From an uncultured Acidobacteriota bacterium (GTDB taxonomy: Bacteria; Acidobacteriota; UBA6911; RPQK01; JAPXNP01), in NCBI GenBank assembly GCA_963777605.1, contig CAVZRV010000007.1, positions 896,001 through 960,000 on the forward strand: 64,000 bases of DNA, in the 5' to 3' direction. Shown one piece after another: positions 19,531-29,307 of this stretch. Both the position numbers and the translations under genes were made by a program. How positions within the stretch are numbered: the first letter of the stretch is position 1; each line of letters starts with the position of its first letter. The notes under the pieces are model-generated. The model searched no databases. It was given only the letters and a program-made list of their open reading frames with translations, and was not told the DNA's origin.

Positions 19531-20231
19531 ATGCGATCCCTTTCCTGGAGGAGATGGAGTTTCATCAGTGCCGATTTGGATTCGATAACCTTCTTCCACA
19601 GGTCCACTTCCTCCTTCTTGAAACAGCCGTTCCCTTCAGCCACGTTCAGGAAGAGAAGTTCCATGTCGTCGAGCAGAGGTTTCAAGTCGGAATACTCCGG
19701 TGAGCTCAATTTCGGTTCCAACAATTTCTTCTGGAAGATCAAGCGCATCGCGATCTGCCGCTTGGCCTGGTCCTCGTCTGTGCATTCCGGGTCATCCTCG
19801 GAGAGGGCCAGCAGGAACAGTTGTGTGCGGTTGACATAGTCGAGGATGTCCGCCCGGGCCGACTCCGTCCCCAGTGCCTGCATGTACTCTTGCAACAGGA
19901 TATCCGGTGATTCCGTCCGGGCCGGGTATCTGCGCGCCACCAGGAAGACCAGCAACAGGGATGCCGCCACCGCGCCCCAGCGAAGGAAACGCCCCAGGTT
20001 GCGAGTCCGTCTCCGGGGCAGGATCATCGGCGAAGCTTCCAGAATCCGTTCCGCTTCCTGGTCAGCTTCAGCCTGATAAATCGCCAGAAGACTGCGCAAA
20101 CGACGCGCTTCAGCGTATTCCTTTCGGCAGGTGGGACACCACCGGGCATGTTCCTCGTTGAACTCCTCGATGCCTCCGAGTCCCACGGCAAAATCTTCCA
20201 GAACCGCACGGTTCTTGTCACAGATTGACAT
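19527..20231 (-). CDS. Zinc-binding (ZAS) transmembrane anti-sigma factor
   Basis: HARWCPTC HxxxCxxC motif, TM WGAVAASLLLVFLV; directly after sigma gene. Confidence 0.8.
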   Translation of the reverse strand: MSICDKNRAVLEDFAVGLGGIEEFNEEHARWCPTCRKEYAEARRLRSLLAIYQAEADQEAERILEASPMILPRRRTRNLGRFLRWGAVAASLLLVFLVARRYPARTESPDILLQEYMQALGTESARADILDYVNRTQLFLLALSEDDPECTDEDQAKRQIAMRLIFQKKLLEPKLSSPEYSDLKPLLDDMELLFLNVAEGNGCFKKEEVDLWKKVIESKSALMKLHLLQERDRI

Positions 20232-20790
20232 AACGTTCTTCCTTGAGGTCAGCCAGGGCGACGCGCAACGACTTGAGCGCATTGTGGAGCGTGGACTTTA
20301 CGCCCCCCAGGCTCAAGCCCATCGTATCGGCAATTTCTTCCAGCTTCAGCTCTGCCAGCAGTCGCAACTGCACCACCTCTTTCTGTCTTGGTGGGAGTTC
20401 CTCGATCGCCTTCTTGACCCGGGCGTTGATCTCCTTGCGCAAAGTCCACTTTTCAGGCCCGGCCGGGCCTCCGAGGCGCCCCGGGCGTTCAACGGCTTCC
20501 AGTGGGACCGCCGCCGAGATCACTCGATACTCTCTCCCCCGGCTGCGATCGATCACGAGATTTCGTGCGACCTTGAAAATCCAGGCTGAGGCTGGAGCCG
20601 CTCCGTTGTAAAGGTGTGCCTTACCACACACCTTGAACAGCGCTTCCTGGGTCAGGTCCAGCGCTTCGTCCGGACTCTTCACCCATCCCAGCAGATATTT
20701 GAACAGACGCTTCCTGTATCGAAGCACCAGCTCCTCCGCGGCTTCTCCATCTCCGGCGCTGACGGCGCTCATGAGCTCCTGATCCGTCAT
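20218..20790 (-). CDS. ECF RNA polymerase sigma factor
   Basis: DLTQEAL, WIFKVARN region 2; LPPRQKEV, EEIA, GVKSTLH region 4. Confidence 0.92.
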   Translation of the reverse strand: MTDQELMSAVSAGDGEAAEELVLRYRKRLFKYLLGWVKSPDEALDLTQEALFKVCGKAHLYNGAAPASAWIFKVARNLVIDRSRGREYRVISAAVPLEAVERPGRLGGPAGPEKWTLRKEINARVKKAIEELPPRQKEVVQLRLLAELKLEEIADTMGLSLGGVKSTLHNALKSLRVALADLKEERYVNL

Positions 20791-20802
20791 TCAACTAGTA
20801 AG

Positions 20803-20829
20803 TACGGAGAGAACGGAGGGAAGGTTTAA
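20803..20829 (-). promoter_or_regulatory. Putative autoregulatory ECF promoter (TTAAAC-N17-CGTA)
   Basis: Directly upstream of sigma ATG; AAC/CGT consensus. Confidence 0.6.
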
Positions 20830-20856
20830 CCGGCCGGACGATCGGGCGTGAAAAGC

Positions 20857-21351
20857 TCACTCCACGATTAGATCATCGGTGTTTATTTTTCGGTATTCGC
20901 GGCCCTTCTCGACAGTATCGAGAATCTGACGAAGCTTTTCGCGGGAGTCAACGGTACCGTGGAGTGCAATCTCCGTGTCGGTTACCGACATGCTCAATCC
21001 CGAAGCGAGCTTCCGCGCCGCGAGGATCTGCATCAGGGTTCTCCCGACTTCTCCATTTGGAACCTGGTTTTCCCCAACCGGCTCGGTGACTTCAGGTGAA
21101 GTCGCCTGGGGGGTGGGTGCTGCGATTGCAGGTCTTGGTTTGGGGGACTTGGCGGGCGACCTGGGAGCCGGTTCCGGTACCTTCGGTTCGGGCAGGTTTT
21201 CGAGGAAATCGAGTGGGTTTTCGGGCCGGCGTTCCGATTGGAACAGAACGTTGACCTCGGGAAGTTGGTAAACGTAATAGCCAGCCGCTCCAAGGATCAG
21301 GACGGCCACAAGCGCCCAGGCATATCGCATTCTTTTATTCGCCGCTCCCAC
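20857..21351 (-). CDS. Membrane protein with Pro-rich linker and BON-like domain
   Basis: N-terminal TM; LSMSVTDTEIALHGTVDS BON-like motif. Confidence 0.65.
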   Translation of the reverse strand: MGAANKRMRYAWALVAVLILGAAGYYVYQLPEVNVLFQSERRPENPLDFLENLPEPKVPEPAPRSPAKSPKPRPAIAAPTPQATSPEVTEPVGENQVPNGEVGRTLMQILAARKLASGLSMSVTDTEIALHGTVDSREKLRQILDTVEKGREYRKINTDDLIVE

Positions 21352-21357
21352 TCCTGG

Positions 21358-21726
21358 CTACATGAAGCCGAGTTCGAGCTTGGCGGCGTCCGACATTTTC
21401 TCCATGCTCCAGGGCGGCTCCCAGACCAACTCGACCTGAACGTCCCTCACGCCAGGCACCGCACGGACGCGGCTCTCGACTTCGCCAGGCAACGAACCCG
21501 CGACCGGGCATCCCGGAGAAGTCAATGTCATGTCGAGAGTCACCAGGCCGGACGTGGCGACTTCGAGGCGGTAAATCAAACCCAGCTCGTAGATGTCGAC
21601 CGGGATTTCGGGATCGTAGACCGAGTGAAGTGCTTCGACGACCGCCTCACGCAGTTTTTCAATCTCTCCGGGGGCCAACTCGCCCGCTTCGTTCCTGATG
21701 TTGTGCAGCCGGGTTTCGTCGCTCAC
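21358..21726 (-). CDS. sufT: SUF system DUF59 (SufT/PaaD-like) protein
   Basis: VYDPEIPVDIYELGLIY, MTLTSPGCP, VWEPPW. Confidence 0.88.
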   Translation of the reverse strand: MSDETRLHNIRNEAGELAPGEIEKLREAVVEALHSVYDPEIPVDIYELGLIYRLEVATSGLVTLDMTLTSPGCPVAGSLPGEVESRVRAVPGVRDVQVELVWEPPWSMEKMSDAAKLELGFM

Positions 21727-22190
21727 GCCTTCTCCTCCGCGGAAATCGACACTTTCGCGCCCTTCTCATCGAGCGCGGAAAGGAGTGCGTGCCAGACCAG
21801 AGTGGCACATTTGACCCGGACTGGATATTCGCTGATCCGGTGAAAAACCATCAACCGCTCCAATTCCTCGTCGCCCGGATCGAGGATAGCTTTCCCCGTC
21901 ACCATGTCATGGAACTTGTGGAACAACTCGTGGGCTTCCGCAAGAGTCTTCCCCTGCAGGACCTCCGTCATGATCGAGGCAGATGCCGTCGATATGGCAC
22001 ACCCCGTTCCTTCAAAGGTGACCGCCGAGATTCGATCCCCGTCCATTTTGATGTAGACCGTGACTCGATCGCCACACAGGGGATTGTGTCCTTCTGCTTT
22101 TCCCGTAGCCTCCTCCAGGGATCCGTAGTTTCTCGGACGCCTGTTGTGATCGAGGATAACTTCCTGATAGAGATCGCTGAGTAAACTCAT
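21723..22190 (-). CDS. sufU: SUF system NifU-family protein
   Basis: LYQEVILDH, NPLCGD, GCAISTAS, RVKCATL. Confidence 0.92.
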   Translation of the reverse strand: MSLLSDLYQEVILDHNRRPRNYGSLEEATGKAEGHNPLCGDRVTVYIKMDGDRISAVTFEGTGCAISTASASIMTEVLQGKTLAEAHELFHKFHDMVTGKAILDPGDEELERLMVFHRISEYPVRVKCATLVWHALLSALDEKGAKVSISAEEKA

Positions 22191-23488
22191 CTGCCAAATA
22201 CCTCGAAAGCCCGTTTCAAGCCCTGAACCAGCAAGTCTATCTCCTCGCGGGTGTTATAGAAAGCCAGAGAGGCTCTCGCGGTGGCCGGAATCCCAAAGAA
22301 GTCCATCACCGGTTGCGCGCAATGGTGGCCCGTCCGGATCGCCACGCCCTCCTGATCCAGAATCGTTCCGAGGTCGTGCGGATGGATCCCTTCCACCAAA
22401 AAGGAAACCACGCTGGCCTTTTGGGCGGCGGTCCCGACGATTGTCACGCCCGGGAGCGCCAACAGGGCATCTTCAGCATACGCGAGCAACTGCGTCTCAC
22501 GTTCTCGAATCCGCCCAATGCCCAGCTCACTCAGGTAGTCGACGGCGGCACCAAGACCGATAGCGCCAGCCATGTTGGGAGTGCCGGCTTCGAACTTGTA
22601 TGGAAGTTCGTTGTAGGTCGTCTTCTCGAAGGTGACCGACGCGATCATGTCTCCTCCACCCTGGTAGGGTGGCATGGCCTCGAGATGTTCTTCTTTTCCG
22701 TAGACAAAGCCAATTCCCGTCGGGCCGTACATTTTGTGTCCCGATGCAACCAGGAAATCGATGTCCAGTTCCCGGACGTCGATCTCGACATGCTGGATTG
22801 ACTGGGCGGCATCGATCAGAACCGGGACACCTGCCGCATGGGCGGTTTCAACGACCTGCCTGATCGGGTTTACCGTCCCCAGGGCGTTGGACACATGGAC
22901 GAGCGCGAGCATACGAGTGTGAGGACCGATGAGCCTCGGCAGCTCATCGAGGATCAGCTCCCCCTTCCGGTTCATGGGGATGACTTTGAGCCTTGCCCCT
23001 GTCTGCTGGCAGAGGAGCTGCCACGGGACAATGTTGGAGTGGTGCTCCATCGCTGAAATCACCACCTCATCCCCGGGAGAGAGACGCATCCTTCCGAAGG
23101 TCTGGGCGACGAGATTTACTCCCTCGGTTGCGCCTCGAACGAAAACGATCTCCCGGCTGGAGCCCGCGTTAATAAAGCGCTGCACCTTACGCCGGCTGGC
23201 CTCAAAGGCCTCGGTCGCGACTTCGCTCAGGTAGTGGACTCCGCGGTGGACATTCGCATTCTCCGCCTCATAGTAGCGGCAAACAGCGTCAATAACAGCT
23301 GATGGTTTCTGTGTCGTTGCCGCATTGTCCAGGTATGCGATACGGCGACCGCGCACCTCGAGACTGAGGATCGGAAAGTCGCCACGTATCTGCTTAATGT
23401 CCAACCCGTCCTCGACAGCCGGATCTTCCGTTCTCACTTGCTCCCAGGTCTTTTCTCCCGCGCCTTGTCCAGCCATCGCCGATTCCAC
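22187..23488 (-). CDS. sufS: Cysteine desulfurase
   Basis: YLDNAATTQKP, SGHKMYGPTG, RTGHHCAQP. Confidence 0.95.
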   Translation of the reverse strand: MESAMAGQGAGEKTWEQVRTEDPAVEDGLDIKQIRGDFPILSLEVRGRRIAYLDNAATTQKPSAVIDAVCRYYEAENANVHRGVHYLSEVATEAFEASRRKVQRFINAGSSREIVFVRGATEGVNLVAQTFGRMRLSPGDEVVISAMEHHSNIVPWQLLCQQTGARLKVIPMNRKGELILDELPRLIGPHTRMLALVHVSNALGTVNPIRQVVETAHAAGVPVLIDAAQSIQHVEIDVRELDIDFLVASGHKMYGPTGIGFVYGKEEHLEAMPPYQGGGDMIASVTFEKTTYNELPYKFEAGTPNMAGAIGLGAAVDYLSELGIGRIRERETQLLAYAEDALLALPGVTIVGTAAQKASVVSFLVEGIHPHDLGTILDQEGVAIRTGHHCAQPVMDFFGIPATARASLAFYNTREEIDLLVQGLKRAFEVFGR

Positions 23489-23521
23489 TTCGTTCCTACC
23501 TTTCCCGCTCCCGCTGCTTAG

Positions 23522-24868
23522 TCAGAAGGCCTCTTTGACCACTCTTCCCATCGGCAACCACTCGAACAGGTACTTGTCGAGCGCCACCCGCAAGGGCTCT
23601 ACTTTGACCCGGTTAACAACTTCGCTGGCAAATGCATAAATCAGGATACTCCGAGCCGCCTCGAGGGAGATGCCCCGAGCCCTCAGGTAAAAGACGCTTT
23701 CCGGGTCGAGTTGACCGATCGTGGCACCATGGGTGCATTTCACATCGTCAGCATAGATCTCCAACTGCGGCTTCGTGTGAATCAGGGCATCGTCCGACAG
23801 AAGCAGGTTGTTATTGGTCTGCTTTGAGTCGGTCTTCTGGGCACCCTTGTGAACCACGATCCGACCCCGGAATGCGCCGGTGGCCTGGTCCATCAGAATT
23901 CCCTTGTAGACCTCCCGGCTGTCGCAATGAGGGCGAGCATGTTCGATGCTCGTGAAGTTGTCGACATGGTTCTTTTTGCCGGCCAGGAACAATCCTTCCA
24001 GTTCCGCACGGCTCCCCTCGCCGTCAAGCGTCGAACCGGTGTTGTTTCTTACCAGGCCGCCCGCCAACGTCACGAGTGTCGTCCGGACGACGGCATCCCG
24101 CTTCTGGCATGACTCCACCGCTCCAATGTGGAAGGACTGCTCCGACTCCTGCTCAACTTTGTAATAGTCCACATGGGCATTGTCGAAGGCCACCAATTCG
24201 GTAACGGGATTGTTGAAATAGCTCCTGCCCTCCACCCCGAGATGGCTTTCGACGACCCGAACCTGGGCATTTCTCTCGGCAACCACGAGTACCCTGGGGT
24301 TGAGGATCGCGGAACTTTCCTCCTGGCCTGCGTTCAGGAAGACCAGTTCGACCGGCACCTCCGACACAGTGTTCTCCTTGACGTGCACCACCGCTCCATC
24401 CTCGAACAGCGCCAGGTTCAATGCGTTGAATGGGTGCTCCCGGAAAGTCGCGTAGCGTCCCAGATGATTCTCGACCAGTTCCGAATTCTGGGCGAGCGCA
24501 GTCGCCAGGCTCATCACCTCGACGCCGTCCGGAAGCCCGGTCAGATCGGAGAGTGACGGTTCAACCCGCCCGTTGGCAAACACCAGTCTCGGACAATCGA
24601 ATCCGGTAAAAAGGTGTTGGTCGAAGATCTCGGCGGCAACCTTCGGCGCAACCACACTGGCGGAGACCAGTTTGGTGCCGACGAGGGGATCCAGATTAGT
24701 GTATCTCCAGCCCTCTTCTTTTCGGTTGGGAATACCCAGCCGCTCAAAACTCGAGGCTGCCTCGCTGCGCAGGTGCGCCAGCCAGTCGGGAGAACCCGGC
24801 GGCGAGGCGGGAGATAATCCGAGCAATTGCGCCGAAGCGCGGCTTCTGTCCAGAGTAGCTTCCATCAT
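23522..24868 (-). CDS. sufD: Fe-S cluster assembly protein SufD
   Basis: EGWRYT, KPQLEIYADDVKCTHGATIG. Confidence 0.95.
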   Translation of the reverse strand: MMEATLDRSRASAQLLGLSPASPPGSPDWLAHLRSEAASSFERLGIPNRKEEGWRYTNLDPLVGTKLVSASVVAPKVAAEIFDQHLFTGFDCPRLVFANGRVEPSLSDLTGLPDGVEVMSLATALAQNSELVENHLGRYATFREHPFNALNLALFEDGAVVHVKENTVSEVPVELVFLNAGQEESSAILNPRVLVVAERNAQVRVVESHLGVEGRSYFNNPVTELVAFDNAHVDYYKVEQESEQSFHIGAVESCQKRDAVVRTTLVTLAGGLVRNNTGSTLDGEGSRAELEGLFLAGKKNHVDNFTSIEHARPHCDSREVYKGILMDQATGAFRGRIVVHKGAQKTDSKQTNNNLLLSDDALIHTKPQLEIYADDVKCTHGATIGQLDPESVFYLRARGISLEAARSILIYAFASEVVNRVKVEPLRVALDKYLFEWLPMGRVVKEAF

Positions 24869-24883
24869 CTCTTCCGCCCTCTC

Positions 24884-25648
24884 CTAGTTGGCCCCTACCG
24901 TGGATTCTTCTTCCACCCAGCCGTATCCGTGTTTCTCGAGTTCGAGCGCCAGGCTCTTGTCTCCCGACTTGACAATCCGGCCCTGGTACAACACATGAAC
25001 GAAATCGGGGACGATGTAATTGAGCAGGCGTTGGTAGTGGGTGACCACCACCAAGGCCCGTTTCGGATTGCGGAGTGAGTTGACTCCGTCCGCCACGATC
25101 TTGAGCGCGTCGATGTCCAGACCTGAGTCGGTTTCGTCCAGGATGGCCAGCTTCGGTTCCAGGACGGCCATGTGGAAAATCTCGTTTCGTTTCTTTTCTC
25201 CACCGGAAAAGCCTTCATTGACAGGCCGATTGAGGAGGCTCTCGTCCACCTTGAGGAGTTTCGCTTTCTCCTTGACCAGGCGGAGGAACTGGATGGCATC
25301 CACCTCTTGCTCTCCACGGTGCTTCCGGATCGCGTTCAATGCGGCCCGCAGAAAATAGGTGTTGCTCACTCCCGGAATCTCAACCGGGTATTGGAAAGCG
25401 AGAAAAACGCCCTCGCGGGCACGCTCTTCAGGAGCCATCTCAAGCAGGTCTTCACCATTGTAAAGGACCTGGCCCTCGGTGATCTCGTAGCCCTCACGGC
25501 CGGCCAGCACGCTGGCAAGGGTGCTCTTGCCTGACCCGTTCGGCCCCATGATGGAATGCACTTCTCCCTCTTTGACCGAGAGATCGATTCCCCGCAGGAT
25601 CTGCTTTCCTTCTGCACTGACATGTAGGTTCTTTATTTCTAACATCAT
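24884..25648 (-). CDS. sufC: Fe-S cluster assembly ATPase SufC (alternative start 25660)
   Basis: GPNGSGKST, FQYPVEIPGV, FSGGEKKRNE, DETDSGLD. Confidence 0.95.
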   Translation of the reverse strand: MMLEIKNLHVSAEGKQILRGIDLSVKEGEVHSIMGPNGSGKSTLASVLAGREGYEITEGQVLYNGEDLLEMAPEERAREGVFLAFQYPVEIPGVSNTYFLRAALNAIRKHRGEQEVDAIQFLRLVKEKAKLLKVDESLLNRPVNEGFSGGEKKRNEIFHMAVLEPKLAILDETDSGLDIDALKIVADGVNSLRNPKRALVVVTHYQRLLNYIVPDFVHVLYQGRIVKSGDKSLALELEKHGYGWVEEESTVGAN

Positions 25649-25671
25649 GTATTTCTCCATCCTCTTACCGG

Positions 25672-27120
25672 CTACCCAACGCTGCCTTCCAGGTTCACGC
25701 TCAGAAGCTTTTGGGCTTCGACCGCAAACTCCATCGGAAGCTCCTTGAAAACTTCCTTGCAGAATCCATTGACGATCATCGACACCGCGTCCTCGGCCGA
25801 AAGCCCGCGCTGCTGGCAGAAGAAGATCTGATCCTCACCAATTTTGGAAGTGGAGGCCTCGTGCTCCATGTGGGCGGTACTGTTCGAGATCTCGATGTAG
25901 GGAAAGGTGTGGGCTCCACACTGATCGCCGATCAGCATCGAGTCGCACTGAGTGTAGTTGCGGGCGTTGGTGGCTCCCTTCGCAATTTTGACCAACCCCC
26001 GATAGGTATTCTGCCCTTCACCGGCGGAGATCCCCTTTGAGACGATATTGCTCCGGGTATTCTTGCCGATGTGAATCATCTTGGTTCCCGTGTCTGCCTG
26101 TTGGCGCTTCTTGGTCAGGGCAACCGAGTAGAACTCGCCGATTGAGTTGTCGCCGATCAAGAGACAGCTGGGATACTTCCAGGTGATGGCCGACCCGGTT
26201 TCAACCTGCGTCCAGGAGATGTGTGAGTTGGCCCCCTGGCACTTACCCCGCTTGGTTACGAAGTTGTAGATCCCGCCTTTGCCCTGATCGTCGCCGGGAT
26301 ACCAGTTCTGGATTGTCGAGTACTTGATACTCGCGTCCTTATGGGCGACCAATTCGACAACTGCGGCGTGGAGCTGGTTCTCATCCCGCATCGGCGCAGT
26401 GCAACCCTCGAGGTAGCTCACATTACTCCCCTCGTCTGCAACGATCAGCGTGCGTTCAAACTGTCCGGTCTTCGCGGCGTTGATTCTGAAGTAGGTGGAA
26501 AGCTCCATCGGACACCTAACCCCTTTCGGGATGTAGCAGAACGACCCGTCGCTGAAGACTGCAGCGTTGAGAGCGGCAAAGAAATTGTCGGAATAGGGAA
26601 CGACCGTGCCGAGGTACTTTCGCACCAAGTCGGGATGCTCCCGTAGCGCCTCACTCATCGCACAAAAGATGATGCCCTGCTCGGCCAGCTTCTTCCGGAA
26701 TGTGGTCGCCACGGACACGCTGTCGAAAACGGCGTCGACCGCCACCCCTGCAAGAATCTCCTGCTCCTCCAGGGGAATGCCCAGCTTGCGGTAGGTGTCA
26801 ATGAGCTCGGGGTCCACTTCTTCCAGGCTCTTCGGCCCGCCCTTCTTCTGCCTGGGCGCCGAGTAGTAAACGATGTCCTGGTAGTTGATTTTCGGGTAGT
26901 GCAGGAATGCCCACCGAGGCTCCTCCATCTTCAGCCACTGTCCATACGCTTTCAGGCGCCACTCCAGCATCCACTCCGGCTCTCCCTTTCTGGTCGAAAT
27001 GGCCCGGATGACGTCTTCATTCAGTCCCGGTGGCAGTGCATCCGCCTCGATGTCAGTGATGAATCCGTATTTATATTCTTCTTCTGCAAGCCGCTGAAGA
27101 TCTTGAGTGTCGATTCCCAT
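25672..27120 (-). CDS. sufB: Fe-S cluster assembly protein SufB
   Basis: [32 protein letters not shown]. Confidence 0.97.
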   Translation of the reverse strand: MGIDTQDLQRLAEEEYKYGFITDIEADALPPGLNEDVIRAISTRKGEPEWMLEWRLKAYGQWLKMEEPRWAFLHYPKINYQDIVYYSAPRQKKGGPKSLEEVDPELIDTYRKLGIPLEEQEILAGVAVDAVFDSVSVATTFRKKLAEQGIIFCAMSEALREHPDLVRKYLGTVVPYSDNFFAALNAAVFSDGSFCYIPKGVRCPMELSTYFRINAAKTGQFERTLIVADEGSNVSYLEGCTAPMRDENQLHAAVVELVAHKDASIKYSTIQNWYPGDDQGKGGIYNFVTKRGKCQGANSHISWTQVETGSAITWKYPSCLLIGDNSIGEFYSVALTKKRQQADTGTKMIHIGKNTRSNIVSKGISAGEGQNTYRGLVKIAKGATNARNYTQCDSMLIGDQCGAHTFPYIEISNSTAHMEHEASTSKIGEDQIFFCQQRGLSAEDAVSMIVNGFCKEVFKELPMEFAVEAQKLLSVNLEGSVG

Positions 27121-27142
27121 AGTATCTCCTCTACAGTGGTTG

Positions 27143-27637
27143 TCAGGCCACTCCTGCCGTTTCCTTCACGGGGCCATCGGACTCGGAATCTCCGGCGCTC
27201 AGGTCGCCCAAAGTTACCCAGCCGTCCGGCAACGGTTCGATCATGTCCTGAAGAGTAATGGCATCCAGAACATTCTTGATTGCGTAGTTCACTTGTTCCC
27301 AGTTGGCCTTGACTGGGCATACCTTCTGCTGGCGGCATCCTCCGCCGTCATCCAGACACTCCGTGACCGCGATCGGACCTTCAACCGCAATGAGCACCTC
27401 CGCAACCGAGATGTGCTCCGGCTTCCGAGCCAGGCTGTATCCGCCACTCGGGCCCCGATGAGACAGGAGAAGGCCTTCCCGGGCCAGGGCCTTGAGCACC
27501 TTGCTGACCATCGGAAGAGGCAGCCGGGTCTGTCGAGCCAGCTCCCGGGCGCTCAGGTTTCTTTTCCGCTCAACTGAACGAACGAACTGGGTCATCAGAA
27601 CCAGTCCATAGTCAGCCTGTTTGCTCATGCGGATCAC
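27143..27637 (-). CDS. Rrf2-family SUF system regulator
   Basis: [17 protein letters not shown], three Cys (TEC..GC...CP); GGAGG RBS. Confidence 0.9.
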   Translation of the reverse strand: MIRMSKQADYGLVLMTQFVRSVERKRNLSARELARQTRLPLPMVSKVLKALAREGLLLSHRGPSGGYSLARKPEHISVAEVLIAVEGPIAVTECLDDGGGCRQQKVCPVKANWEQVNYAIKNVLDAITLQDMIEPLPDGWVTLGDLSAGDSESDGPVKETAGVA

Positions 27638-27661
27638 GCTCGATCAACCTCCGGGATTATA

Positions 27662-27680
27662 TAGTACCTTTTTGGTACTA
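27662..27680. promoter_or_regulatory. Palindromic operator TAGTACC-N5-GGTACTA overlapping suf promoter
   Basis: Perfect 7-5-7 inverted repeat abutting a minus-strand TATAAT upstream of the Rrf2 gene. Confidence 0.75.
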
Positions 27681-27723
27681 ATTGATGCTACGAGCTTAGC
27701 AATCGTTTCAGAACTTTGTCAAT

Positions 27724-28767
27724 TCAGCGTGCGGTCGGGAGCGAGCCGGGTGCGAAATACCCTTTTCGAGTGCTCACCACCACCCCGCCTCGAGAGACTT
27801 TCACGTCCAGGCTGCGCCAGGAACCATCCCGGTCCTGGTTGGTGGGAACGTAGGAAAGGTAGTACTGATTGCGGAGCTCGTCAGCTACCTGCTGGTAGAG
27901 GTCGGTCAAGTTGTAGAAATCCGAGGTGTCGAGAAGGCGGCCCCCACTCAGGTTGGCCAGCCGGCGCAGCTGGACTTTCCGTTCCCGGATGTAGTCGTCC
28001 TGAAGCTCCTTGGGAATCGGCTGCAGCCTCGACTGCATCTGCTGTCGCGCTTGGATTGCAAACGCTCGGTACTCGTCAACCTTCGAGACGATGTAGACCA
28101 TAGTGTCGGATCGAAGAGCCCGATTCATGGCTTCGTCAAAAGTGGTCATGCTGCCGGTGTCGATTCCGTCCGTAAGGAGAATAACCGCGGTTTTCCCTTC
28201 CTGTCCGGCCAGCAAATCATCGAACGTGACGTAGAGGGCGTCATTCAGCACCGTGTTGCCCCGGGCATAGATAGTCTCAAGGGCCAGTTTGACGTCATCG
28301 AACTTGTTCGTGAAATCGAGGATGAGCTTGGCCTGGGCATTGAAGGTGATTACGGCCACTTGGTCTTCGGGATTGAGCCTCTTGACAAACTCGAGTGCGG
28401 CGTTACGGATGTCGGCCTGGGAGTATCGGGTGCTTCCGCTTGCGTCGATCAAGAGAACAACCTTGACCGGAACTTTCTCGCTGTAGAAGTTGACGATCTT
28501 CTGCAGGCGCCCGTCCTCGAAAACCATGAAATCCTTATCCGTGAGCCCCTGAACGAATCCGCCGTTGACAGAACGGGCGCTGACGGAAAGAAACACCTGG
28601 TTTACCGCGACTCCAATCCGATAGCCCTGGTCCTGGTCGGCCGGCGGATTGGTCTTGTCCGTTTCCTGTGTCTGCTGTTCAGCAGGCGGCTTCTCCTGCG
28701 TCTGGGCAGGTTGTTGCAGTCCAAGAGTTGAGAAGAGCAGCAAAAAGGGAATCAACACAGAAGTCAT
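27724..28767 (-). CDS. VWA-domain protein (Acidobacterial VWFA-related type); alternative GTG start 28758
   Basis: Signal peptide, GLTDKDFMVFEDG, DASGST MIDAS, LTDGID, QYYLSYVP..RDGSWR. Confidence 0.88.
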   Translation of the reverse strand: MTSVLIPFLLLFSTLGLQQPAQTQEKPPAEQQTQETDKTNPPADQDQGYRIGVAVNQVFLSVSARSVNGGFVQGLTDKDFMVFEDGRLQKIVNFYSEKVPVKVVLLIDASGSTRYSQADIRNAALEFVKRLNPEDQVAVITFNAQAKLILDFTNKFDDVKLALETIYARGNTVLNDALYVTFDDLLAGQEGKTAVILLTDGIDTGSMTTFDEAMNRALRSDTMVYIVSKVDEYRAFAIQARQQMQSRLQPIPKELQDDYIRERKVQLRRLANLSGGRLLDTSDFYNLTDLYQQVADELRNQYYLSYVPTNQDRDGSWRSLDVKVSRGGVVVSTRKGYFAPGSLPTAR

Positions 28768-28833
28768 TATACCTGTCCCGCGGGCACTGCCCGGCAGGTC
28801 CGTCCCGCCGTTCGCGCGCTTTGTCCCAACTCC

Positions 28834-29307
28834 TCACGTCGCCGGCCGGGTTTCTGTTTCATCCGGCTCTTTCGTCTTTTCCAGAAGCCGAATGCCGGTG
28901 ATTTCCATTTCCTTGTCCACCGCCTTGCACATGTCGTACAGAGTGAGCGCCGCTACTGACACGGCGGTCAGCGCCTCCATCTCGACGCCCGTTGCCCAGC
29001 GACAGCTCGTCGAGGCCTGAACAAAGAAATGATCGGAAAGCAGTTTGATCTTCACATCGACATGGTCGAGGTTCAGGTTGTGGCAAAGGGGGATTAACTC
29101 CGAGGTTCGTTTCGCGGCCTGAATGCCTGCCAGTCGCGCCACTTCCAGGGGATTCCCCTTGGGTACCTGAAGTTCTTTCACAAGCTGGGCCGTTTGCGAG
29201 GAGATCTTGACCTTTCCTTCCGCGACAGCCCTGCGCCGAGAGAGCTCTTTCCCACTGATATCGACCATTCGGGCAACACCCTGCCCATCGTAGTGAGTGA
29301 GTTTCAT
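28834..29307 (-). CDS. moaC: Cyclic pyranopterin monophosphate synthase
   Basis: LTH..G.ARMVD, AAKRTSELIPLCH, TGVEMEALT, LYDMCKAVD. Confidence 0.95.
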   Translation of the reverse strand: MKLTHYDGQGVARMVDISGKELSRRRAVAEGKVKISSQTAQLVKELQVPKGNPLEVARLAGIQAAKRTSELIPLCHNLNLDHVDVKIKLLSDHFFVQASTSCRWATGVEMEALTAVSVAALTLYDMCKAVDKEMEITGIRLLEKTKEPDETETRPAT

